Shown here: positions 1 through 8,349 of the stretch, piece by piece
Numbering within the stretch: the stretch's first letter is position 1
Layout of the letters: each line of letters starts with the position of its first letter
Assembly: GCA_048940925.1 (NCBI GenBank)
Contig: JBHLOC010000018.1
Span: 36,310-68,309, forward strand
Origin: Promethearchaeota archaeon
GTDB lineage: Archaea; Asgardarchaeota; Lokiarchaeia; Sigyniarchaeales; SOKP01
Reading direction: 5' to 3'
DNA: 32,000 bases
Notes under the pieces: generated by a model
Database searches by the model: none
What the model was told of the DNA's origin: nothing
The model's input: the letters and a program-made list of their open reading frames with translations, nothing else
Program-made: the position numbers and the translations under genes

Positions 1-1
1 A

Positions 2-130
2 CCTGATATGTATGAATGCACTGCTTGTGGTTATATTGGACTCTTTTATATTGAAGTTGATTCAGAAGATTATCAATTGGATCAAGAAGAAAGCTCTGTT
101 AATTTAAAGGAAAAAGACAATAATGTGTGA
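2..130 (+). CDS. 3' end of a gene starting upstream of the window (42 C-terminal codons, CxxC-containing, function unknown)
   Basis: Frame open from the window edge: PDMYECTACGYIGLFYIEVDSEDYQLDQEESSVNLKEKDNNV. Stop TGA at 128-130 overlaps the GTG at 127 of the next gene (GTGTGA). Confidence 0.35.
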   Translation, partial: PDMYECTACGYIGLFYIEVDSEDYQLDQEESSVNLKEKDNNV

Positions 131-1068
131 TATTGATGGAACAACTACTAAAAGATGCTGAAAGAATTAGATCCCTTGAAATTCAAGGCGCTACTAATGT
201 AGCTATTAGTGCGATTGATTTTTTAAGTAATTATGCGAAAAGATTAAAATGTGAAAACTTAGAGAGCGGTTTTGAGCATCTTTATAATGCAAGAGATATT
301 TTAATTGAAACAAGACCAACTGAGCCAGCTATGAAAAATGGTTTAAAATTTATAATAAATAAATTAGAAGAAGAAAAAGATCATTGTGATGCGGAGTACA
401 TTTCTGATATTATTGAAAAGTATAAAAATCAATATTATGATATGCTCCAAAATTCAAAGAAAAAAATTGCTCAAATTGGTGCTCGGCGAATCCCCGCTGC
501 CAGTAAGAAATATATTGTAATGACTCACTGTCATTCATCTTTAGTTGTTGCTATTTTATTAGAAGCTAAAAAACAGGGAAAAAATTTCAAGGTAATAAAT
601 ACTGAAACCCAACCGAGATTACAAGGTCGCAAGACAGCAGAAAAGCTATTAGATGCTGGAATTGAAGTTACTCACATTGTTGATAGCGCCATGCGATGGG
701 CTGTTAGACATTTTCAAGTAGATCTAATTATAATAGGGGCAGATAGCATAACTTCTGAGGGGACAATAATCAACAAAATAGGATCACGATTGTTGGCATT
801 AGTAGCTCATGAAGAACACGTTCCTTTTTATGTTGCATCTCCCTTATTGAAATATAATCCAGAAACCAATCTGGGTATTTTAGAAACTATCGAAATGAGA
901 GATCCAAACGAAATATGGGAAAATCCTCCTAAAGGGATTAAGATTCTAAATCCTGCATTCGAAACTGTAAGCAGAAGATATATTGATGGGTTAATTACAG
1001 AAGCGGGAATATTTGCTACGAGTCATGTACCAAATTATTTCGTTAAATTATATCCAGAAATGGCATAA
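127..1068 (+). CDS. ribose-1,5-bisphosphate isomerase (eIF-2B alpha/beta/delta-like family)
   Basis: 313-aa ORF with the family-typical block LIIIGADSITSEGTIINKIGS. It lies tail-to-tail with a type III RuBisCO gene, its partner in the archaeal AMP/NMP salvage pathway. Start is GTG 127 or ATG 136. Confidence 0.75.
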   Translation: MILMEQLLKDAERIRSLEIQGATNVAISAIDFLSNYAKRLKCENLESGFEHLYNARDILIETRPTEPAMKNGLKFIINKLEEEKDHCDAEYISDIIEKYKNQYYDMLQNSKKKIAQIGARRIPAASKKYIVMTHCHSSLVVAILLEAKKQGKNFKVINTETQPRLQGRKTAEKLLDAGIEVTHIVDSAMRWAVRHFQVDLIIIGADSITSEGTIINKIGSRLLALVAHEEHVPFYVASPLLKYNPETNLGILETIEMRDPNEIWENPPKGIKILNPAFETVSRRYIDGLITEAGIFATSHVPNYFVKLYPEMA

Positions 1069-1078
1069 TTTTCTTTAT

Positions 1079-2359
1079 TTAAGACGTACCCCATTTTTCA
1101 ATTGCTCTAGCTAATTCAATATTGTTTTTAGCATATTCTTTTAACTCATAACCTTCTAAAACAGCATTAATTGCTTGTCTAATTGCTTTTGCTCCAGCTT
1201 CAGTACCATCCGGATGTCCATGACACCCTCCTCCAAATTGAAATACCATATCCTTGCCTAAAATTTCGACTAATTCAGGAATATGCAATGGACTTAAACC
1301 TCCCGAAGCAACCGGTAGAGTGGGTTTGATTGTTCCCCACTCTTGATTAAGAACTGTTTGATTATTGTCTTCAATTTTGGATTTTGTAATTACTTGATTA
1401 ATTTCTAATACTTCTTTTTTAGCACCTTCCATTTTTCCTACTACCGTTCCTGTATGTAATTGATCCATACCAATTAATCTCATTAGTTTTGCTAAAGCTA
1501 GCATTGTCACTCCATGCTTTTTATTTCTAGTAAAAGCGGCATGCATTGCTCTGTGAGCATGAAGTACTAGGTCTTTATCATCGAGATATTCTCTAATTTC
1601 TTGTAGGGCTGAAAAACCTATGGTTACTATATCTACCATTACATATTCTCCCCCATTATCAAAAACATAATCTGCTCGTTTTTTCATAGTGCTAAGAGGA
1701 GATGTTATATTCGGCATATAGAATTTCCTTTCTCCTATTTCTGTTTCAATTCTATCACGGATTTTCAATGTTTCTGTAATTCTTGTCTCAAATTTATTAA
1801 AAACCATACTTGTTAAGTTTTCATCATCTTTAACAATGTCTAGTCCCCCTCTCCAAGCTTCTCCACACACTTTTGCATGCTCGATTTCATTCAATCCTAC
1901 CTTGGGCTTTACAATTGTTCCTACAAGTGGACGATCTCTAACTTTGGTCAATTTTCTAATACCTTGAATTCCGAATTTTGGTCCCTTATATGACTTTATA
2001 ATATTTTGAGGAAAACTTATATCTAATAATCTCAAATATTTTAGAGCTTTCATTCCAAAAATATTTCCTGCAACAGCACTTAATATTTGAGGTATATTTT
2101 CAATTTCGAAAAGTTCTTGAGTATAAGCAATTTTTACAATATTTTTTTCAGGATTAATATAAAAAACCGCTGGCTTGAGTCTTCTAGCAATATCTGCAGA
2201 TAAGGTAGCAATCTCTGTCCACGTTCCTATTGAGCTTTCTTTCGCAATTTCTTCACACGCTTGTTCAATATTTTTACAATCTGGTGCTTTTTCTACATAA
2301 TACATTGCAATGAGATCATTCTCATTTGGTTTATAGCTTAAATTTATATAGTCTACCAA
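1079..2359 (-). CDS. rbcL: ribulose-1,5-bisphosphate carboxylase/oxygenase large subunit, form III
   Basis: 426-aa ORF collinear with archaeal RbcL. Matching blocks: GNIFGMKALKYLRL, KPKVGL, GGLDIVKDDENLTS, HAHRAMHAAFTR, SGGL, GGGCHGHPDG, ELARAIEKWG. Apparent TTG start. Confidence 0.92.
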   Translation of the reverse strand: MVDYINLSYKPNENDLIAMYYVEKAPDCKNIEQACEEIAKESSIGTWTEIATLSADIARRLKPAVFYINPEKNIVKIAYTQELFEIENIPQILSAVAGNIFGMKALKYLRLLDISFPQNIIKSYKGPKFGIQGIRKLTKVRDRPLVGTIVKPKVGLNEIEHAKVCGEAWRGGLDIVKDDENLTSMVFNKFETRITETLKIRDRIETEIGERKFYMPNITSPLSTMKKRADYVFDNGGEYVMVDIVTIGFSALQEIREYLDDKDLVLHAHRAMHAAFTRNKKHGVTMLALAKLMRLIGMDQLHTGTVVGKMEGAKKEVLEINQVITKSKIEDNNQTVLNQEWGTIKPTLPVASGGLSPLHIPELVEILGKDMVFQFGGGCHGHPDGTEAGAKAIRQAINAVLEGYELKEYAKNNIELARAIEKWGTS

Positions 2360-2492
2360 TTAGTTTCACCAAACTTGATTTTATTTGCAACATAAATAAA
2401 TGTATAAATATTTCTCAATAAGAAATGAGTTATAATTATAAAATCATAAAAAATTAATAATATTTTTAATTATCTTACAGAGTGAAGAATCT

Positions 2493-2804
2493 ATGAGTGA
2501 AGAAAAAAGCAAGATTATGACTATAAACGTTAAAGATCTTAGTTTTAAAAGTGAACAGTATGTTCTTGATTTGATAAGATTCTTATCAGAGGCACTACCT
2601 CAAATAAATCTTGATCGTGAAGCGAATGATATTAGTGTTGAAATGCCAATTGAATTATCTAAGAGAGCTTTAAAATTAAGAATTAAGAAATTTTTGTATA
2701 AAAAAGGTTTAAACAAAGATTTTAGACCCATTTCACATAAATCAATAGATTCAGAAGGATATATTGTAAAAGAAAAGAAAATAGCAGAATTAAGTTATTA
2801 TTAA
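2493..2804 (+). CDS. small basic protein, possible eukaryote-type ribosomal protein eL22 homolog
   Basis: 103-aa ORF. The C-terminal half, ISVEMPIELSKRALKLRIKKFLYKKGLNKDFRPIS, resembles the remembered eL22 block [35 protein letters not shown]. The match is by eye only. Confidence 0.4.
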   Translation: MSEEKSKIMTINVKDLSFKSEQYVLDLIRFLSEALPQINLDREANDISVEMPIELSKRALKLRIKKFLYKKGLNKDFRPISHKSIDSEGYIVKEKKIAELSYY

Positions 2805-2854
2805 ACCTTATTCTCTTTAATTATAATTATATAGTTAAAAACCTATACTTAGTT

Positions 2855-3829
2855 GTGTCTTTGAATATTATAAATCTCAATTTATCAATCAATTCTATTG
2901 ATGACTTGATAAGATGTGTTAATTTAGCAAGTCTCTTAGAATTATCAGGGTGGCCAAAACCTGGAAATGTACATCGCACTAAAAATTTTGAACGTACTAA
3001 ATATGAACATTTTTTGGCAGGAATTACCGCTATTCAACCAAATTTTGGAGATTTTTGTAAAAGAATCTTCCAATATTCATTTGAAAATAAAAAAGATTTT
3101 AAAGAAATAAAAATGGGTCTCTTCTTTAAAAAAGCTGCACATGAAATGATGAGATGGCAAAGCGGAGGAAATGTATTATTAGGACATATTTTGATATTAA
3201 GTCCCCTTGTAGCTGCTGCTACAATTTGCTTAAAAAAAGGGAAAACTAACTTTTCAGATTTTAAATTCTATTTAACTAAAATTGTTGAAGAAGCTACTGT
3301 TGATGATACAATTTATTTATATAAGACAATAAAGCAATGCAACCCTGGAGGATTAGGGAAGATTGATAAATATGATATTTATGATGAAAATGCATTAAGG
3401 GATATAAGATCAGATAAAATTAAATTAAAAAGAATTTTTGAATTATCCAAAGATTATGATTTAATTAGTTTAGAGTATTCTACTAGTTTTAAGATAATTC
3501 TAAGTGAAGGTCTTCCATATTTTTTAGAAGTATACAATAATTTTGGGGATCTAAATATAGCAATCGTAAATACATTTTTAAAGATACTTTCAGTACATCC
3601 AGATACCCTTATAATTAGAAAATCAGGATTAGATGCTGCCTTATATGTTTCAAAATCAGCATCAGAAATTTTGGAATTCGGAGGAATTTCTTCAGAAAAA
3701 GGTTTTAAACTGTCTTACCAATTAGATAAAGAATTACAAGAAAAAAAAGGGAAAATGAATCCAGGAACTACTGCTGATCTTCTTGCAGGAATAATATTAT
3801 GTGCTCTGCTTTTTGGTTTAAGATTTTAA
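2855..3829 (+). CDS. triphosphoribosyl-dephospho-CoA synthase (CitG/MdcB) family protein
   Basis: 324-aa ORF, GTG start. N-terminal KPGNVHR and C-terminal NPGTTADLLAG resemble the CitG family motifs. Confidence 0.6.
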   Translation: MSLNIINLNLSINSIDDLIRCVNLASLLELSGWPKPGNVHRTKNFERTKYEHFLAGITAIQPNFGDFCKRIFQYSFENKKDFKEIKMGLFFKKAAHEMMRWQSGGNVLLGHILILSPLVAAATICLKKGKTNFSDFKFYLTKIVEEATVDDTIYLYKTIKQCNPGGLGKIDKYDIYDENALRDIRSDKIKLKRIFELSKDYDLISLEYSTSFKIILSEGLPYFLEVYNNFGDLNIAIVNTFLKILSVHPDTLIIRKSGLDAALYVSKSASEILEFGGISSEKGFKLSYQLDKELQEKKGKMNPGTTADLLAGIILCALLFGLRF

Positions 3830-3903
3830 ATTCCAAAAAATTATTTGGTAGAATTAATTATTTTTATTTAGTTTAAACTCAACACATATAGGATTAGAAC
3901 TTT

Positions 3904-4254
3904 ATGGAATTCTGTGATGAATGTGGCAGTATGATGCTCCCTTCTAAGATAAATGGTAAAAAAGTATTTAAGTGTAAATGTGGTGCAATAAAAGATTTTT
4001 CTGAGGAAAAATCAGGATCTTACAAATTGACTACTAAGATTGAGCACTCTATCAGAAATGAGGTCACAAACTTAGCTGAAGTATTAGATTGGAAAGAAGA
4101 AAACTTACGGAGTACAATTAAGAACTTTAAATGTCCTCGGTGTGGGTATGACAAGGCACATCTAGAAACACGCCAAACAAGAAGTGCGGATGAAGGAATG
4201 ACCCATTTTATTGTGTGTCTAAAATGTGGTCGTCATATAAAAATAAGAAGTTAA
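3904..4254 (+). CDS. tfs: transcription factor S (TFIIS-like cleavage factor / RpoM family)
   Basis: 116 aa. N-terminal zinc ribbon CDECG...CKCG. C-terminal TFIIS-type zinc ribbon CPRCG...QTRSADEGMT...CLKCG with the acidic DE hairpin. Confidence 0.85.
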   Translation: MEFCDECGSMMLPSKINGKKVFKCKCGAIKDFSEEKSGSYKLTTKIEHSIRNEVTNLAEVLDWKEENLRSTIKNFKCPRCGYDKAHLETRQTRSADEGMTHFIVCLKCGRHIKIRS

Positions 4255-4266
4255 AACAAGAATTTA

Positions 4267-4518
4267 TTAATCAAAAAGCATTTTTAGCAACTCTATTTTA
4301 TCCATATCGATTAGTAAATCAATTTGTATAATCTTATTAGAATTTCTTATACCCGCGATAATTTTTATTTGTTTTGAAGAGATATCAAGCTTTTTTTTCA
4401 AAAAGTGTATTAATTCTTTATTCGCTTTATTTTGAACAGGTTTTGAACGAAGAAAAATTGTTAAATATTCATTATTATCAACTAGACGTTGATTTTTTGA
4501 ATTTGGTCTAATATTCAA
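4267..4518 (-). CDS. DUF167/YggU-like small protein
   Basis: 83 aa. The segment ANKELIHFLKKKLDISSKQIKIIAGIRNSNKIIQI matches the remembered DUF167 pattern. Confidence 0.45.
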   Translation of the reverse strand: MNIRPNSKNQRLVDNNEYLTIFLRSKPVQNKANKELIHFLKKKLDISSKQIKIIAGIRNSNKIIQIDLLIDMDKIELLKMLFD

Positions 4519-4583
4519 TTTTAGTATAAAAGTCTTATCTGATTTCTTTATAAGAAATGAAATTGTAAATTCCTCATATGTTT

Positions 4584-5972
4584 TTATATTAAATCGTCTA
4601 TACTAGTTTTCAATCTAATATAAGAAGGTTTTGACAATCGAATACCACCCGCTAATTTGTGTCCCCCACCTAATCCTCCTAATTCATTTTTTATTTTAGA
4701 GATAATTTTATTTACACCATTCTCTGAATTATTTTCAAGGAATTTTCTTGAGCATCTGATACTTAGCTTAATTGTCCCTGATTTCTTTTCAAGACCACCT
4801 AATAATAAAATTTTATCAGAATCAAAAAGCCCATTTACAGTACTAAAACTTGCTGTATCCGACCAGTTACTTGGTGGAATTTTCCCTTTCACTTCTACAA
4901 AAATTGCTTTCTCTGTTTCATAGCGAGGTAATTCATTAGCAATAATTTTCAAATTCTCTGAGAGATGTTCAATATATTCAGAATAAATAGTTTTTGCATA
5001 ACGTGTTATGTTCCTCAACTGTATAATCGAAATAGCCGCACTGATATTTTTGAAGCATAAAATATTTAATAAAAGTGCATGTTCAAAAGCAAAGTTTAAT
5101 AAGCCTGATTTATACGGGATAAGCGCATAATGACCAGTATTGTTCATATTTAATTCTTTTTGAATTTTATAAATTTCATTCTTGTTTAATTCAATAACTT
5201 TTTTTTTTGGATTTATTTGTAGATTATTTAAAAATATATTAATTTTTTGATCTGATTCTCCACCTAATCCCTCAATAAATGGTAAAATACTGTATTTTAG
5301 ACCATTTTTTATAGAATTGTACATACTTCCAAAAAGAATAAGTCCATCTTTGTCTTCAATGAGCTCTTCATCTATCAATTCTTGATATACCTCACGATTA
5401 TATGATTTAAGTTTATCCATCGATTTTAAAGAATCTCCAGCAATACCTATAACTGCTAACCATCCTTGCTTTATTATTTTTGGAGTTACTTCTTTAGCAA
5501 ACATATATGCTAAAGTGGCTCCTGCTATATGTTCAAGTCCATCGTACCCATGCATAGTGGGGTTGACGAAAAATAAATTTTCAGGGAATTTAAAAATTTT
5601 AAAATCATCATCTACTTCATGGTGATCGAGAATAAAAAAAGTCTCTTTTCTGTTTCTTATTATTGGTATTAGTTCTGAGAGATTAGATCCCACATCAGTA
5701 AAAAAAAAGGCAGTTTTAGGATTCTGTCTGCTAGATAAAATACCTTTTAAATAATTTGCCCAAGAAACAGATCTATTATAAATAAAATAATCATAATTTA
5801 AATTTAACTTATATAATAAATTTTGGATTATATGAAGGCTACTAATTCCATCAGCATCATTATGGGATATAGTGATAACTTTTGAATAATCTCCATCTAT
5901 AAAATGATCTACAGCGTTACCAAAATCTTCCATAAATTTTGATTTATCTGGCTTTTTGACCATTTTAATCAT
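4584..5972 (-). CDS. DHH/DHHA1 phosphoesterase, RecJ/GAN (Cdc45-like) family
   Basis: 462 aa. DHH motifs HNDADGISS and LDHHE. DHHA1 motif GGGHKLAGG near the C-terminus. Confidence 0.75.
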   Translation of the reverse strand: MIKMVKKPDKSKFMEDFGNAVDHFIDGDYSKVITISHNDADGISSLHIIQNLLYKLNLNYDYFIYNRSVSWANYLKGILSSRQNPKTAFFFTDVGSNLSELIPIIRNRKETFFILDHHEVDDDFKIFKFPENLFFVNPTMHGYDGLEHIAGATLAYMFAKEVTPKIIKQGWLAVIGIAGDSLKSMDKLKSYNREVYQELIDEELIEDKDGLILFGSMYNSIKNGLKYSILPFIEGLGGESDQKINIFLNNLQINPKKKVIELNKNEIYKIQKELNMNNTGHYALIPYKSGLLNFAFEHALLLNILCFKNISAAISIIQLRNITRYAKTIYSEYIEHLSENLKIIANELPRYETEKAIFVEVKGKIPPSNWSDTASFSTVNGLFDSDKILLLGGLEKKSGTIKLSIRCSRKFLENNSENGVNKIISKIKNELGGLGGGHKLAGGIRLSKPSYIRLKTSIDDLI

Positions 5973-6261
5973 TTTAAACCTAAATTTAATAATCTATAAT
6001 GTGTTCATTTTGTTAAATTGATCTAAATAAACTATAGTCAATTTAAAATTAGTAAAGCGCCAAAACTTCAAATTTAATTATACTAGATATACTTTTTTTC
6101 ATTAAAAATCTTATAAATTCCAAATAAATTTAATGGTTATAAATATTCCGATTTGTTTAGAGATTATAAGCGAAAAGTTGATAAAAATTAAAATCTGTAG
6201 AAAAATTATTTAAATTTAGTTAATTTTTTGTTGTAAATATCTTTGAACCAAACAACTAAAT

Positions 6262-7977
6262 ATGATTATTAATAATCAATCAAGAAAGATAAAATGGATA
6301 AGTATTTTTGCTGTAATTTTCATAATATTTGCTATTTGCCTTCCAGGAGCATTAAAATATGGGAACAGCAAATCTAACTCTGTTTTTAATCCAAATGATT
6401 CTATTAGAGATTCTAACAATACAAATTATTTTTCAAAGGAAAATTATAGTGAAATTCTTTCAACTGAAAAACATGGTTTAGGAAATATAACTATAACTGA
6501 CTTGATTTTTAATAGATTAGAATTAGGTATCTGTAGCAATAATGATACCTATCCTCTTCTTGCCAAAGATTTTAATTCTACTGCGATAAATATGACTATT
6601 GAAGGTTTTAAATTTATAAAAGTTGTCACACCAGCTAGGAATGACAATCTTGATGATTCTTTCCCCAATAAAAATAATATTACTGTACTTTTGAATGAAT
6701 CTCTTTACTTTAAGTATAATAATTCAAAAACAGGCTATTTAATTTATCTTTCTCGTTTAGCAAAAACTCGTCTTATTGATTTCTATATACAGAATGGAAC
6801 AAATAAAGTGAAACTTGAAGAAAAAACAGATTATCATTTTGATAAACATAATTTTATTGTATTTCACTATAAGGATTTTTTCCGCGAAGATCCAACATTT
6901 AATTTTTCTGGCAAGATTTTTAATTTTTCAATGTATCTTATATGGGAATGGGATATATTTATAGAAAATTGGGATCTAGTCCAAACTAATGATCTAATGG
7001 TAGGAAAAGCATTAGAAAATTACTCAGTTGATTATACATACAGTTTCAATTTAGTAGGAAAAAAGCATAACCAAAGCAATTTAGCTCCTTTTATTGATAC
7101 AGATAATTTGTATGGTGCCTTGAGGATTGATTTATTTGATAAAGAGCTATTAAATGACCACATTTTAGAATTAAATAATGAGATAGTGGATATTAACACT
7201 CATTTAAATCCAAATAAAACTATAAATGTTTTACCATCTGATTTTTTTTTATTGAATTCTAGCAGTTTTAGATTAAATTTTACTACAATATTCACCTTGA
7301 GATTTGTGGATCCTGTTGGAAGATTTTGGTCTATCGATAGACTTGTAGCAAAGCGGGATGTACGAGAAAGGATTTATTTTCCTTCCTTAATTGCAGGACC
7401 AAAGCATTTTTATCTAAAATCTTTAACTTTTTATGAGCCTAGTATTCTTTTTGAAAATATGATTAGTGCTTATCCATTGTTCGAAAGAGAGATGGATTAT
7501 TATTATATAAATACATCTATACCGGGAGAAACGAAGTTGATGGTGAATATGCCTTTTCTGATTTTTGGAGAAACATGCCCTTTTAGCCTTAAGTATAATA
7601 CTTCAACAACTTTGAAAATTATTATTACCGATACCATCCGTATGCCCTTAATAGGAGCAAAAGTTGAACTTTTTTATAATGGAGTAGAATATGGAACATA
7701 CATTTCAAATAATGAAGATCAACCAATACCGCTTGGAAACACAAATGAGAATGGTGAAATCATTCTAAATAACGTTATTATTGGAAATTACACTGTGAGA
7801 GTGTATTACAGAAATTCATTTATTAAGGAAGCCTCAGTCAATACTTACAAGGCAAGTAATTATGTGCGCACTAACATACTCCATTTTCCTGTCTGGATAG
7901 TGGTTTTTGGAGCCTTAAGTGGGACTTTTATAGCTATAGGTATGATATATTATCTAAAAAATAAAAAATTACGATAA
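6262..7977 (+). CDS. hypothetical cell-surface protein (N- and C-terminal TM anchors, sequon-rich, C-terminal carboxypeptidase-regulatory-like beta domain)
   Basis: 571 aa. N-terminal hydrophobic segment WISIFAVIFIIFAICL. C-terminal TM WIVVFGALSGTFIAIGMIYYL followed by KNKKLR. About 20 or more N-x-S/T sequons. GAKVELFYNG...NGEIILNNVIIGNYTVRVYY resembles a CarboxypepD_reg fold. Confidence 0.5.
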   Translation: MIINNQSRKIKWISIFAVIFIIFAICLPGALKYGNSKSNSVFNPNDSIRDSNNTNYFSKENYSEILSTEKHGLGNITITDLIFNRLELGICSNNDTYPLLAKDFNSTAINMTIEGFKFIKVVTPARNDNLDDSFPNKNNITVLLNESLYFKYNNSKTGYLIYLSRLAKTRLIDFYIQNGTNKVKLEEKTDYHFDKHNFIVFHYKDFFREDPTFNFSGKIFNFSMYLIWEWDIFIENWDLVQTNDLMVGKALENYSVDYTYSFNLVGKKHNQSNLAPFIDTDNLYGALRIDLFDKELLNDHILELNNEIVDINTHLNPNKTINVLPSDFFLLNSSSFRLNFTTIFTLRFVDPVGRFWSIDRLVAKRDVRERIYFPSLIAGPKHFYLKSLTFYEPSILFENMISAYPLFEREMDYYYINTSIPGETKLMVNMPFLIFGETCPFSLKYNTSTTLKIIITDTIRMPLIGAKVELFYNGVEYGTYISNNEDQPIPLGNTNENGEIILNNVIIGNYTVRVYYRNSFIKEASVNTYKASNYVRTNILHFPVWIVVFGALSGTFIAIGMIYYLKNKKLR

Positions 7978-7983
7978 ATTACT

Positions 7984-8310
7984 TTGATTGTTATTTTCTG
8001 TGATAATATAGAAGATTTTATTTTATTTTTAAAGAAACGAATAATGGATGAGATCTTTTATGAATTCAAAGAAATTACAAGTGATTCATTGTCAATTAAA
8101 GGAACTATTGAAATTGTGCTTCATTTTTTAGCTAAAATTGAAGAAATTATTGTACTTTATGAGACTAAGCAAATAATAGTGAAATCTAGTGATTCTAATA
8201 TTGATAAACAAGTAATTAACGCTTTAAAAAATATTTTTCAAGGAGTTGATGCCTCATTATCACTTGTAAAGGGAAAAATAAGAGAGATATTCCTAAGCTA
8301 TTCTTCATAA
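7984..8310 (+). CDS. hypothetical protein
   Basis: 108-aa ORF with a TTG start; an ATG at 8044 is equally possible. No recognisable motif. Confidence 0.3.
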   Translation: MIVIFCDNIEDFILFLKKRIMDEIFYEFKEITSDSLSIKGTIEIVLHFLAKIEEIIVLYETKQIIVKSSDSNIDKQVINALKNIFQGVDASLSLVKGKIREIFLSYSS

Positions 8311-8349
8311 ATTTGAGGTAAAATAAGAGGAATATTTAATATTTTCATT

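Noticed and set aside
4543-4557. Palindrome TTTCTT-TAT-AAGAAA between the RecJ-like and DUF167 genes as a terminator hairpin
   Set aside because: A 6-bp A/T-only stem is expected by chance in 30% GC sequence, and archaeal termination does not require hairpins.
4657-4923. 88-aa ORF on the + strand
   Set aside because: Lies entirely inside the DHH/RecJ-like gene on the opposite strand. It is Pro/Ser/Phe-rich and low-complexity, so it is a shadow ORF.
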